Assembly (NCBI GenBank): GCA_002633005.1
Contig: NMRA01000947.1
Location: 27,281 to 91,280 of the forward strand
Length of the DNA stretch: 64,000 bases
Origin: Phoronis australis
Taxonomy: Eukaryota > Animalia > Phoronida
Direction: 5' to 3'
Shown: positions 1 to 14,900 of the stretch, one piece after another
Layout of the letters: each line of letters starts with the position of its first letter
Numbering within the stretch: position 1 is the first letter of the stretch
Translations under genes and position numbers: made by a program
The notes under the pieces: generated by a model
What the model was told of the DNA's origin: nothing
What the model saw: the letters and a program-made list of their open reading frames with translations, nothing else
Database searches by the model: none

Positions 1-1569
1 AGGAGGGCACGAACATTTGACCCAGTTTTTGATGCCAATGTTTGCTTTTGTCATGTGGTAATGAGTTAAGGGGACGAGTTGTTTGCCACTGAAGGGTACA
101 GCAGTGATTGAAGATTGACCCTCCGTGAAAACAGAATTTATTTGCATCACGGCGGTGCAGTGTCACCGTTTACGTATTTCGAACATCTGCTTGTGCTTGA
201 AAACAGTGTAAATACGGTTAGTTTCTTTATATCACCTGTCGAGACGCTGGGTAGTTATACATGTAAACTATTACTGTATTAGGCAATGACCATCGCCTCT
301 GTTGGCCCGACCTGGTCGAATTAAAGTACAGGTTTGTACCAAATAGGAAATTTTCAAATTTTCAATTACGTTTTAAAAAACGTAATTGAGATTCTAATAA
401 TATATGCTATCACAAATGCCTTTTTGTGGAAAGTGAAATGGCATTTTTAGGTTTATCAATATTGAGTGACATGTACTTGATTAAAGTCAGACACACTGCA
501 GAGGCAACAAGTTTAAGTTGAAAACACCGGAACAAATGGCGTACACAGCAACTCAAGGTTGGTTAGAACAAACATGGAAGAAAACACGACCGATCATCCC
601 ATATGATCCCTATGGAACACCACTAATTGCTGTAATGCAGATTAATCTGGAGTAGAATGTGTTAAGAACGTCAACGGTTATAACTGGATAACCTCTGTAG
701 TTGTTCCTTTCAACACCATGGTAATACGTAGAATGGAAAGGTATAATTTATGTTTGATGCCTTAGATAAATGAATGATGTTATTGGATGATATCGCTATA
801 GTCGAAATATTGCAAATTTCAACATAGGCCTACAAGTTCAATGATAGCCCATTCAGTAGACTGATGTATCATGAAACCATATTGGGAAGCAAAAATAGTA
901 ATCGATGAAGTATTCGACAGTTTTCAAGTATTTTAGATGAACATGGGAAAAATAGATATGTTTATAATTGTTAAGAGTGATTGTTTTCAGTTGACAACTA
1001 ATGAGGTAATTTAAAATAAAATGCTTAAATATGCTCGACATACTGTTCTAAGCATGCCTTTCCACGGGGGAAAGTCCAATTTCATGGTTTTCTCCACTGG
1101 CATTCGACATATTTTGCACCATTTTCAATGCTACTAAACCTACCCGTTGGGCGCATTTCAACGCTCTGTGTTGCTCTTGTTAGTTTAGTCAGGTAAATAA
1201 TATCATTGTTGCAATTATTATAGATTTTGTCGTGCGTTAAGAATAAAACATCTCGGTATATTGTAATTAAAGCTTGCATACATTCAAGTTGTTCTCTCAC
1301 GACACAATTTTGATTGTAATACAAGTATTATTACTAATTGCCACTGTAGACACTTTTATAGTTCCGTTATTCATTGTCATGTGATATTGTTTTCATTTCT
1401 AGTCATTATACACCAGATTGAAAATTATCATGTTAAATCTAGTGTGCAGTTGATTGTGTATTTTCTTGTTTTAACAAGTGGGCATGCAATAAAAATTATG
1501 TATTTGTCAAGTGCATTTCTGCATTAAATTATTCATGCCATAATTCAAGTATGTTGTAGCTTGCAGTAA

Positions 1570-2025
1570 TATTTTTTTCTGGTGGTTCGCAGAAACTTCT
1601 ATATAACCCAATGAAGATGTTTGCGGCAAGCTTGCAGCAATGTGTGCGGTTGGGTTGCAGGAACTGTTCAATATAAGGACATAGAGATGTTTGCGGCAAG
1701 CTTGCAGTAATATGTGCGGCTGGGTTGCAGGAACTGTTCCATATAAGGACATAGAGATGTTTGCTGCAAGCTTGTGGCAAACTTCATTTGCATGGTAAAA
1801 GTTTGCTGCGTGTTTGCGGCAAGCATGCGGCAAGCTTGCGGCAAGCTTGCGGCAAGCTTGCGGGAATGTTTGCGGCTGGGTTGCAGGAAATTTGCATCCA
1901 CTCTTTGGTCAGAGTTGATTCTACGTGTTTGCGGCTGGTTTGCAGAAACTTTCGCAGCAAGCTTGTCGCAACTTTGCGGCAACCTTGCGGCAAGTGTTTG
2001 CAGGAAGGCCTTTTTTTGGTATGGG
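1570..2025. mobile_element. Right end of a non-autonomous EnSpm/CACTA-like DNA element with palindromic CTTGCGGCAAG subterminal repeats
   Basis: Many ttgcggcaagcttgc units and a ~79-bp local duplication; ends ttttttggtatggg like elements at 7135, 24292 and 25544. Absent at the copy-B equivalent position. Left end not resolved. Confidence 0.6.
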
Positions 2026-2883
2026 TAAGCCCAACTCTGACCCTAACCTAAGCCACAAAAGGTAGGCCTACATTCCTTGGACTAATAGCCAAATAGAATT
2101 TTCAGCTATGTAGTCCGTCAATAGTACAACATCTGCCGATAAGAACATGGCATCTCTTAATTACTCAAGGAAAGTCTCATCCTGAAAGTAAGTGAGAACA
2201 ATTGGATTCTAACAGTAGAGAAGGTACGTACGTGATGCTCCCGTACAAGGACCGAGCTTTCACATGCCGGTGGCATATCGGTGATGCCTCACATTGATTA
2301 AACCATCAAAGTCTCATTTAAGTATCTCAGGTCCTGCATATAGGAGGCCATTGAAGTCTTTAATTCCTTCCAATATACTCCTGTATAATTAAACTTTTTT
2401 TCGAGCAGTCCTTCATTCAGTTGCTCTAATCGGCAACTGCATGACCATTTCTACACTTCATGCACCAGGGGACATGATGTCTCCATAATTCACCGAAAAG
2501 CTTCTGGTGTACAGTATGAATTTATACGCCCTATGGGAGCATGATCGTCATCTCTAGACCTACTGCTATGTATAGAGACATTGGCACTGTATAATTATTA
2601 TGATTGGACTCTAATGAGATGAAAATCTGACTAATTAATATGCCATTCTAATAGGTGAGAAGAAAGTCTAACTGGCTCATGAGAATACAGTGATATTCTA
2701 ATGTGAGAATGCAGTGAGGATCTAAATTTGCATCACACACAGTGAGAATTTCTCTTATTGGTAATTCTCAGAAATCACCCTTTACGTGTAATTTTCTGTT
2801 ATTGGGCTGATTATAATTGTTTTCGGGTTGGCAAATTTAAGTTATATTTTCCACATTTTAGTGTGAGATTCCGACGATTCCAA

Positions 2884-2941
2884 ATGAGTGAGAAGCAGCC
2901 AATTTTGTCCCAGCCTGTGGGATACAACAACTTCCAAGCAG
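2884..2941 (+). CDS. PLSCR: PLSCR-A coding exon 1 ([19 protein letters not shown])
   Basis: Acceptor ttttag at 2861, ATG 2884, donor G|gtaag; conserved in copy B at 28561. Confidence 0.85.
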
Positions 2942-5900
2942 GTAAGCCGGCGCTAGGCCACGTCTATGGTCTACACAGCTGTCTGAAAGCTAGACAATAA
3001 AGCTAGTTTCAGAGGGATGTATCATCTAGTACAATTGCATGCACATGGTTGTTCTTTTGTCTGTAGCTACATGCTGGCCAACAAGTACAGAAAACAGTCT
3101 CGGCTGTTATATTACAGCACTGCCGAATTGATTCCTCACATAATGCTTTATCATTAGGTTGAAATGTACTTAAGACACCAAAGTGGCCTTTGGCTGTCTA
3201 AGAAACTATAACGTTAACTCTCCGCTTATTAAACACACCTCATTTTGCTCATCAAAAATTATATTGAAAAATGAATTTCTTTTCTGACCACAGAGTAATC
3301 AATTCTTGTAATACACACATTTTTGTTTTGACTATTAGGAAGGACTGATTGAATACTGCATATTCACCACTTAAAATGATACTAAACCCTGTCTTGGTAA
3401 TTTCAACCAAACACTCGACGTTCTGTCACCTGCTAAATTAATGCACCATTGGCATCACACTTGAGTAATCAAAGCAGGTTTCAAGATAAACGTCACACTT
3501 TCTTTGTCACAGATAGGATATTATGGTTCTTGGTGGGCAGTCTTTCACTACAGTTGTCCTGTACTAGCTTGCCTAAAGCGTTGGTCACGCTTGCCCATTT
3601 TGCAAACTTTGCAAGAAATTTACAAAATTTTGATCAGAACATTTGAGGGTTGTCAAGGGTTACAGAGCATTATTTTGTTTCAGAAAACTAGACGGGACTG
3701 TCGTTTTGTGATATCCATTATTAGTCCAAAACTGGGTTTGATATCCTATTAGTGTTACATGTGACCTTATCAACAAGTCCGTTCATTGTGCTTGATATGT
3801 AACTAAAGTATTTAACTCGGCAAAAGTACAAGGTAGGCCTGTTATGTTCTGAAATTAGGAATTTCATAGAATTTGATTTTTGACTTTATCCCGGCTTGGA
3901 ATCTTCCTCTTTTAAGAGGATTTCCACTTTTTTGGTTTCGATTTCCCCTTATTTGATTTCCAGTTTCCTCTTTTTTGTTTCTTTTTCATCATTATGATTA
4001 TTTTGGCTTTATTCACGCAAAAACATTTATTTCAGTTAAATTTCACAACACAGATATATTTCTATCAAACAAGCCTATTAATTTGTGGCACAAAACATCT
4101 CCTGAAAATTTTCCTTTTTGGCCATTAGACATTTCCTGTTTTATACCAGTCTGGCACAAATGAGATTACGTGAAATTGCGGTTTTAAAAATTTACAAGAT
4201 GCATTCATACCAAAACAACGCTATCAATAAAATGGCCAAATTTTATTTTTAATAGCACAGCCCAGTCAGCCTAGATAGGATCTGATAAGATATTAGAGCT
4301 ATTATCGAACAAAAGAGAGCTGGCCCTCCCCAACCATGAACGTCACAATGGAGTTAATCAGTCTTGTAAGATACTGGCTACAGGGGTTATCCTCCCAACC
4401 TGTTGTTGGGGTTTAGAATCAACAAGTTGGGAGCAATGGGAAAACACCATAATGAGTTTCCTACGTTACAAGATAATTGTTTTTAACCTGTCCTTAAGGT
4501 GTTCACAACAGTCTGTAACTAATATGATCATCTTCATATTTTGAGTTTGTTAGTGTGCTTTGGTTGATTAGTTGAGATGAGTGTTTACCATCACAGAACA
4601 AGTACAATGGATGGAGAGGCCTACAGCTGCTCCTGGGTGTCCTCCGGGCTTGGAATACCTGACCTTAGTTGACCAGCTTCTCATTCACCAGCAGGTGGAG
4701 CTGCTGCAAGGTAAAGTACTGGCTCAGTGACAAAATGGTGTAGTTTTGGAAAGCACGCAGAATCGACATCTTCTTTCCAGGTCAAATTTTAAAATCTTGG
4801 TGTTTTGTTTTGGATCGCAAATTCAGCATCGTCTGATTGACAGTGCTATAATGATGCATGTAGGTTGCATTAACTTTCCTTTTTACCAAAAATAACAAAT
4901 GAGTAATATGATGGAAAACCAACAATTTAGTTTGTGTGCAAAATGGAGCCAACTATTGTTAACTGAATAATGGTTTTTAGTATTGATCAAGTGTAACCAG
5001 GTTCTGTGATAAAAAGTACACTGGACTGGGACAGAAATTGAAACTCAACTGAGGTTTAATTGAGATTCAATTGAAATTCAATTGAAGTTTTTTGCCATGT
5101 AAATGAATTGATTCAATTCATTAACATATTCAATAGCCATTCAATAGGAATTCAATAGCCGTTCAATAGCCATTCAATTCTCCATGCAGTACAGGTTCAT
5201 CCCATATTCAATATATAGCCATTCAATGGCCATTCAATAGTCGTTCAATGGCCATTCAATTTTTCTAACTATACAGTATAATTTGAATTTCAAGTATTTT
5301 CTACAATAAATTAAATATTTCAAAAATAGGATGTATTGTTGTTAACTTCGTCAAGAGATAAGAATAGTTCACAATCTTCATTCAACAATCTGGCATGCAC
5401 GAATAAAATCAAATCATAGACAACTGAACATTTCGAAACATTAAATCGAAACCTGCACAAGTATTACAATTATCATACAGCATCAATCAAAGAAAAACAG
5501 AAACAGAGCCTTAGGCATTTGAAAAGTAGCAGCCTTTGTAAACATTTTGAAGAATCTAATGCTGACTAATTGTAGATTGGTTTTCCAACATTTGTATGCT
5601 GAGCCTCGTACGTGAAATAATTATATGACACTATGAACTTAGTTGAACACATCCATACATTGAAGGGTAAATGAGTCGATATCTAGTTAGCTAAGTAAAT
5701 GTAGGCGATAAGATAAAAAATAATAATTTCAGGCATACAAAGCTATAGCAGCAATATATTAGTTGTCTGAAAAGCATGGTCCACATGTGATACCAAATCT
5801 TTAAATGTCGGCATTGTACAGCCTTTCATGGTCTCTGAAGAACTCTGGAGTCCGCACTTTTCAGAGCACTGAGACTTGATATAATCCATTAATTTGAGGT

Positions 5901-8900
5901 ATCTGTCCACAACAGGAATATGATGGCCGGCACTGTGTTGGTGGGTCAGTGAGCATTAGCTTCCAAGAGTTATAGTCTTTTCACTTCATCATGCATGTTT
6001 TCAAAGTCTTCATTTTAACTTTGTGTTGAGCTTGTCGCTCAGGAAATACATGAATGCTTTCTTAGTTAATTAGCCATAGTCTTTAGAAAATTTAATATGC
6101 TTTTGACTAAGAGCGTTATTTGCTACACTAATGAAAACTCCAGAAATAGGAAACCTACCATAAAACTTGTTTGAAGTCTATTCACTGAAGAAAAATAATG
6201 AGTACAAAGCATGGGTATCAGTGACAATTTCATTGTGACTTTCTCATAACATAATATTACCTACATCTATGAACACAGTGTTTCATTGTAAATGCAGTTT
6301 AAATTTTTTACATTATTTGGCACTTGGGAATATCATCCAGCACCAACCAACATATTTATCAAAGGCTTCAAATTCATAACCTCTGCAGTACTGTGACGGT
6401 TTGAATGGCCTTCACGAAGTACATGTAGCTTATGTCACTTAATAGGGCCTTAACTCCTTAGCCAAAGTGAGTACTATTTCATTTTCCAATTTGTACTGTT
6501 TCAGTTGTGATAGCCAAATATCTCTAGCATCTCATTAACTCATAGCTGAAATTTGATTTTTAGTCCCATGAGCAGAACAATTAAACCATACTGCAGAGAC
6601 ACTACGGGTAGATGACTGGTGGCAAGGCAAACCTCTAATATCCAATACATGTACATCTCTTACTTAGTGCCTATATAGCTCAATTATTTAGTTTCAGTTC
6701 ATGTAACCAAAATAAGAATTTACTTCTCTCAATCAAACAATTGCTCTGATGTGAGAATTTTAACACAGAATCATAAAAATGTGTTTCTAAGTGTTAAGTA
6801 ATTAAAGTAAATAAAATAATATGTTAGGTCAAAACACGATTAACTGACACTTGTCTTGACAACTACAAGCACATGCAGGTTTTGGTCTGTAACCCAACTC
6901 ATTTTGAAATCTGTGCTCTACTACTTAACTTCCATAACCTTAATCAATTGAATCACTGCAGAAATTCAATAGCCGTTCAATAGCCATTCAATTGACGGCA
7001 TAATCAGGTTCAAGGGAAGTGCCAATTGAATTTTCATTCAATAGACATATTCAATAGAAGTTCAATTTTCTATTGAGATTCAATTGAATTTCAATTGAAT
7101 CTCAATTGAAACTCAACGTTTCCTTTTCGTATGAGTTAGCACCGCACATGTATAGATCTCCAAAGCACCCATAATTCATATCATGCGCGCACCCAGCCTA
7201 AAGTGTAGGGGGGCTCGAATTTTTCGGTGAGAGGACCTTTTTGTGAAAGAAATTAACGAGGACTAAATAAAAAACGGGGCTACTGGGTTCAGGCGCACGA
7301 ATTGTGCATCCAAGCCGACTTCCCGTCTGGAGATTTTTTGGACTTTTGTCTCGTTTACTAGGACTTGCTTCGGACCTTTTTGCCCAATTTTTCCGAGCTC
7401 CCCTTAGGTGCGCCCATGCATATGAAACTTTCTAGTTCTGTCGCACATGGCTGGATTTGGCAACTTGCTGGTTGACAAATGCGAATTCCTATTTTGTTTG
7501 GCAACCTGGTAAAAGTCACAGGACACCACGGAGTTATTGCCACTCAGTGTCCAAGTACTCACTCAAAATGTTGCAGGATGGAAAACTGACAGAAGTCGGG
7601 GTCATTGGGAAACATTTCGTTGTTTGATTTGCTCAAAATTGCTTAAAGAGAAATGGTGTAGGGTATCTATTTCAGTTTTCACTGGCTGGGAAGTGAACAA
7701 CAGATATGCAATTAAGAATTCCATGGGCCAGCAAGTCTACTTTGCCGTTGAAGGTACGTAACTTCACCATTATTAACAACAGATGGCCCCAGTAGACGAG
7801 TGTCTGGCAGGCAATTTTATACGCCCACATATTTATGTGTTGGCACATTATGCCGTCATCCCTGTCCGTCCGTCTATCCGTCCGTCCGGTATACACTGCT
7901 GTATCTCCAAAACCTCTTGATGTATGTTCATGAAATTTTGCAGATATGTTTTCTTCATCGATGTGACGACATGAGCAAATTTTTGGAAAGATTCGACTAC
8001 CATTGTGCCCCCTAATGGTAATTTTAGTTTTTTATCTTTGCCTCGGCATCTTTGGTGTTCCTTAAGAGATTTTCATGACATTTGGCAAATCTATTAGGAA
8101 GATTACACCACCTTTTTGAATGGATTCAACTTCTTGTGCGCCACCTAGTAGCCATTTTTACTGTTTGCTTTTTTTCCATCTGCCCCTCTATAGGCCAAAC
8201 CACTGTGTGAGTCAGTAATATAATTAATTGATGTACATGTTCCTTCTCAGGAGAAGACGGCTGGCGATAATTTTCAGACACCTCACTGAGACTACAGTCG
8301 TGGCTCCTTCTAGTGGCAGTTTTTTCGTACATGGCTGCGGTATCACCTAAACCCTCTGTAGGAACTTTCCTAAATATAGCAAGGGCTTTTATTTGACAAC
8401 AGGTGACGATTACTCTTGGATGGAACCAACCTGTGCTGTTCCCCTACTGGCAATTTTTTTTTATTTTCCTCTTAATCTTTGGAGTTCCTAGATGGAATTT
8501 TATGAAATTTCTTTTATAGATTATTTTTAAAGACTGAGGTAATGACATCTTTTTGTTTTTCAGATGGATTTGACGTAGTGCATGTCACCTAGTGGCCATT
8601 TTTTATTATTGAGTCTATTTTTGGCGTCCGCCTCTGTCGGCCAAGTCGTGGCAAGACTGTATGCCTCCTAATGGTCATTATTTATTATGTTTTAGTCTGT
8701 TTTTCGCATTCATCTTTCTATTGGCCAAACCACCCTAAGAATCGTTATGAAAATTGGTAAAGGTGTTCCTACTGGGAAGAGCACGGTTGACAATTTGTGG
8801 ACAGTTTGATTACTGTGGCGCCCCCTAATGGCAGTTTGCTTTTCTCACATCTTCACCTGTTTCTCCCTGTTACATCTTTGTGAAATTAGGCAAGTATTTA

Positions 8901-11900
8901 TCTATGACCATTTTTACAACAGATGACGATGTTCAGACATATCTGATTACCAAAGTACCACAGTGCCCCCAGTTTTAATTTTTATGGGCTTGTCGGATGT
9001 GCTCTCATTGGGAGAGCAATGCTGACTTGCTATGCATCCCCTGGAGGCAAATAAGTTTGCTAGCATTGCTGTAGTTGGAATATTTAAAATTACCCCTTGT
9101 ATATGTGCCTTATGCGACGCACAGGCTGGCCGCATATCAACATTTGACGTTGCTCTTGTTTATATAGTGAGGACAGGTTGCAAAAGGAATTGGGTGTTCA
9201 TTAAGACGGAAAAAAGTTTAATACGGATTTGGAATGCTTTGGACAGAGCCTTAGACTACAGGTGACAGCATTTACTTGTGAACAACCAAGAGCTGGTACT
9301 AAGATTCTGTAGTTGCCAGGCTTAACTACAGCTGGGTGTAGTGCGGTTTGGGTTTACCAGCTCGTTTCCAACCACTGACCTAACATTTTTGGTCTGTGCG
9401 GTGCAATTTATTAAGACTATACTGATTAAGTGATACTAGATAAGAAACAATCAAATTAAGTATTTGTTCAGAGTGTTAATTTACTCGATTTTGTTGCAAC
9501 TTTGACGTGCCACTGTAAAACACTTCTGAATTCAGTACCAAATCTAGGATATCACGAGGTGAGCCCAACATTTTTCATTTGTGTTGTCTACCCCCCCCCC
9601 CGTNAATATTCTCATGGAGAATTAAATATCCATAATTTGCTGCAACATAATGAATACCAAAGTTTATTTATCAGTCATTACTACTCCTTTTTGTCGGCAG
9701 CTGGGGGGTCCCCTGTCACCTCTTCCTGAATCCGCCACTGGAAATCAGTGCCTCACTGGCCATATATATAGACAAATTACTGTAAAAATCCAATTATAAT
9801 CTTGGAGTGTATACTAAATTTTAGAAATAGGCAATATTGGCTATTTCAAATTCAAGAATTACAATCAATGACCAATAGAAATTCACAACATGTATATAAT
9901 TGAAAACGTTGCATTGACAACAAGCTATTTGTGATGATTTGATGAACTTTCACGTATTCTGCTGACCCACTACATAGCATCCAAATCACTCATGGTTATA
10001 AGTTAATACAGCTTAACAAGGGCTGCATGAAGATGACTGTTAAAAAAATTATTTTTAATGGTTCTGAATACCTGTGCCCAACAATAAATTGTAACATTTT
10101 GTGCTTTCACCTTCACATCGATGAGCCTGCAAGTAATGGTTCAAAGGATTCAAATTTTGTAAGAACGGACAGATGTTTAAATGAATAAAAATCAATTTTA
10201 AAATTCCTTGCTGAAATCTGTTTGACATTTTTCTTTGGTTTATGCAGAAACTGACATGTGCATGAGGCAGTGCTGTGGACACCACAGGGGGTTTATTATT
10301 CACGTGTTTGATAACATGAATCAGGTGAGTGCTCTAGTGGCCATGTCTGACATCACTGTTGGTCAGAGCTAAGCTACAATAGCTTTCTAAGATATGCGTG
10401 GCAAAGTCATAGTGAAAAACAAAAAGGAAAATTGATGAAAAAACACTCATTTTATGCAAAGAATTGTACGATGACACTTGGCTTACCTCAAAATCCAACT
10501 GCTGACTGGTGGTTTGGTAAATGGCCGAATCATAGTGCACGCCCAGCAGAATTAATGAGGAACATTACAACATGATTAAACAAAATTAATGTTTTAGGTT
10601 GTAAAAGTCACATCACATTTCTTGTCCAATTTTAAAAATTCAAAAACCTAATCACGGGTACTTTTCATGAACTATTTAAACATGCTATTTGAAAACTATC
10701 AAAATGAAAATTTAAAAATATCATTGTCGCCCCCAGTGTGTTAATGATGGGTCTGATCATCTAGCATCTAGAGAATCATAACATCTGAAGCCTGAGATGA
10801 TGTAATTAACTACCACAGCACGGTGCCTTTGATCAATGCCTGCAGATCCCGAGTTACGCCAACCGGTCCAGTTGTCCAATCTTGACCGGTTGGGGTGGCA
10901 ACGTAGGATTCGTGATGACCGTTTGAAAATTCCCTGAAACATTTTGCTCAGCAAGCATTCAACACATTAGATGCTATATCTCATTTCCCAGAAGTACATT
11001 AACATCTGTGCTTCCTTCCAGTGAGGATTACCGTAGCCACGTACCACTGCATCTGGACTTTAATGAGTGATGTCTTTTGTTTGGGAATTAGGAAACAGTG
11101 CTGCGTGTCACTGAGTGAAAACTATGGCCTTGTTATGGGTACATTTGTTTCCCACTCATTTTTGATACAAAACTTTGCACAATTAAAATTTTGATCTGTC
11201 GTTGAACTTTGGAAGTTTTTCATTGTTTGATTGGCTGAACCAGTTAATCAATTCAGAAGAAAAGAGAAATGAGGCACATTGCAACTGCTGCTCCCTTGTT
11301 GATAAGTTCCTACTTCTATTGAGCAACACAATGGAGCCACTTGACTTATGCACACCACCACACAATAGAGTGTTCATCTGAGTGTTCTTGATGCTCCCCA
11401 AATAATACTGCAGAGAATCTTAAATGGGGGGAGAATCTCATGAGACCAATGATCACTTAAATTCTCAGGCAATTCTCAATTTTGGACTTCAGGTTTGGAA
11501 AAGCATGGCCTTGCCTATTCTTTTATAGAAAAAAAGTCGAAATTTCTTCTAGAAAATTAGACAACTGACTTTTTCGTCTTTGAATTGTGTATAGTTATTA
11601 TAGGGCTGAAGACTGTTTGACAACAACAGGTATTCACACTTGGTGATTTTAGTGATTCGCAAACAATTATCATCTATTACAAACTTTTGCACTACTTGCA
11701 GGTCTGTGCTATATTTTTGAAAATGCTTTCTTAATTTTTTTTTAATTTTGACAAAAACGGTATTTGCTAAATGTGACATTTTCAGTTTTTCATAGTTTTT
11801 GCTTCATCAACCCAGGTTATTTGGTGACAGCAGTATCAGTATACAAAACAACAAAGTTAAATTGAAAAGTAAATTGTTCAAATTTGTGTAGTTAAAAATT

Positions 11901-14900
11901 CAGCAACGGTAAATTAAGCTGCCTTGTTCCCCTTATTTTGTGCGTACTTGTGTTGCTGTCTTGTAAATAATCATAACTTCAGCTCCTAGATTGCATAGTA
12001 TGGTAAAACTTGGCATTCAGCTATTTGCAGTTATACCCAGGAAGATATATTTAGTTCATGGGATTGAACAATAGGCTGCTTAGACTGGTGAACTTCGAAT
12101 AGGACATAACTGCATTCTTTGTTTTAACAGGAAGTGATGAGAATTCAACGAGAATTTAAATGTTGTGCTGGGTGTTGCTGGTGTGCCAACACTGACTGTA
12201 TTGCTTATGAAGTATCAGTAGAGGCCCCTGTTGGACAAATAATTGGTTATGTGAGACAATCGTAAGTTAACAGTTACTTCATCTGTTTTTAATCATTTTG
12301 GGGTTGGAAGGGGTAACTAGTTTGCATAGTGGCATAGAATTTTGTGATGGTTGTAAATCATGGGTGTTGTTCACTCACAATAGACCATTGGACATGCAAA
12401 TTAAGTGAAAGCCGTTCTTTGTGAACCCTGCTTTAGTAATACAGTTGTCCCAGTTGGCCATTGTAATTAAACACAGCTTAACAAAGGGTTTGTGGTCCTC
12501 GCTGAGAAGATTATTGTTTTGTTACCACCAGAAGCTCCCAATGGTAATAGGGTGATAATCATAAACCATAAATTAGAGATAGCTATAGTTGATATTATAT
12601 CTATCACAGTCATGGGGTTGAGTATTGTTCAAAGTTTATCTCGTTAGCTTCAAGGTTAACACTTGCCACTAGGTGTCGCACGAGCTTGAGAAGATCAGCT
12701 ATGGCTAACCAAACATAACTCAAGTTTGTTTGTCAAGCAAGTTCAGAGATATGTAATTTTTAGCCATAATATGCTTCACACTTCTTGAGTGATAATCTCC
12801 ATGCATTACCTACATTCACAAAAAACAAATGTGTTTTAAAGCACATTTCTGTATTAAGCACTCACAGATTTTCACATGTGCCTCTGCAGCCACTCGAATG
12901 TTCAGTTTGGCGTTTTATGTACATACATGTATGTCCTAATGTTCATGTGTTGATGTATAACTTAGTTAGGACCTAAAACGACCTCAACTTTAAGTTATAT
13001 ATCGAAAATCTTAATGCTTTGTCTACCAGTAAAACTATTCTTTGAAAGGAGAAAGATCCAGGATTCAAAAATATGCTTCTCACTACTGTGTCTTTATTAT
13101 TGATGCGTGACCACATTTCTAAGTTATATTTTGATGTGCAAAAAATGTACATTCATAGCAAAGCAACCCCCAGTCAATTTTACTGAAACTTTTTAAATGA
13201 AAACTTTACGTTATGTCTCAAAAGCGCTGTTAGGAATTGTCGATTATTCACTTAGTTCGGGTTTTAGGCCGCCTTAACTCGCAAAACACAAGGTATTTTT
13301 GTAAAAAAAACAGCAGTTTTATTCGTATATCGTTTGGTATGTGAAAACTAGACATTTCAAAACAAATGATCATGTAATTAGCGGCTCACAAAAATTTGAC
13401 TTGAAAAACGTGGTCATGTGACAATGATAAAGACAGAGTAGTAAGAAGCATATTTAATATTTTTTAGAATTCTCGATCTTTTTCCTTTCAGACAATATAC
13501 TTTTAGTGTGGTTGACAAAGCATAGTGTTTTTGATATTTGACTTAGAGTTGAAGTCTTTTCTTAAGGTTCAAGATAACCTTGTTAATTATAAGCTCAGGT
13601 CACACTGTGTCACACTCTACAACGTACATGTAAAGGCAAGTAAAACCAATGAAAATTATAAGTTTTTGCTTCATGCCAAGGCAATACCACTAGGTTTTTA
13701 TTGTTGATGGTTATTAGATCTCGTTTTTTGATTTCTTAAACCTACAGAGGTTCAAACAGTGACCATGTGTGACATGTCAAACACGTAAGTTGACTCATTG
13801 AAATTTTCGGATGTTTTCCAGACAAAGTGCGTGGAAGCCAAAGTACACAGTGAAGGATGCACTTGGTAATGATGTGTTTGATATCCAAGGGCCATGCTGT
13901 CCTTGTCAGACTATCTGCTGTACCAGCGATGTTGACTTCAGGGTAGGTGGGTTGTAATGCTATTGATTATCCACTAGATGTGTACAGAGAAGACGTGGTA
14001 CTGTGTGCCATGAGATTTTGAAATCAAAAATCTCAAGTGGTAGTGAATTGAAATGTAATTGTGTTGTAATGAAATTTCAGCATTATCTTCCTTATTTTGG
14101 TTAAACGCTGTAAGGGCTTGTTCTCATAAATGGTGTGCAAATTGTGCAGTGTTTTCAAAATTAACCAGACCATAACAATTATGTGTAAAGGTTATATGTA
14201 GAACTTAAAAAAAATGGCCAAATTTGCCTAATTTCTGAACATCATATCTCACAAATGGCAAATGAAATTCATATAAAACTTCCAGGTACTATGCTTTATG
14301 CTCTGTCCAAAACGTTATGAGGAATTGTTTTTGATAGAAATTTCGAAGGGCTATCAAAAATAGGACTGATCTTGCATGTAGTTGAAACAACTTGAAAATG
14401 AGATCTTAAAAGAAATGAAGCAGCGTTTTGAGGTCTCATCTTGAACAGTTGTGTTAACTAAATTTGATGAATCGTATTTCAGCTATGCTTCCTATGTACC
14501 TTAGTTTTCTTTATTGCTAAATTTTAGTAAAAAGAGATGGTCCTGCGACCTGATTAGTGTCAGACTGGTAGAAAATTAAAGAATCAAATTCTTAGGCTTT
14601 CTGCTTCCAGAAAATATATCGTAACACCATTTGATCGTGATGGACCGCCCCGCTCACTTGGGGCAATCAAAATTCCTCAGCAAACCAAAAGTCTTAGACA
14701 TGCAAATCACGCCAATAACTGAATATCAGCTGATGGCGTTGAAATAAGAAATTTGATAATGTTATTGAAGTCATTGTTTTGCTATCCATGTACCTTAAGT
14801 TTATTTTTGCTGAATTTTACTAAAATTAACATGGTCACATGACCTACTTAATAGCAAAGTGGAATAAGTCAACACTCAAATTCTACAAGCTTTTTAATTT

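Noticed and set aside
1507-2051. Six overlapping ORFs on both strands (LAASLPQACRK repeats)
   Set aside because: By-product of the stop-poor palindromic CTTGCGGCAAG repeat; not a gene.
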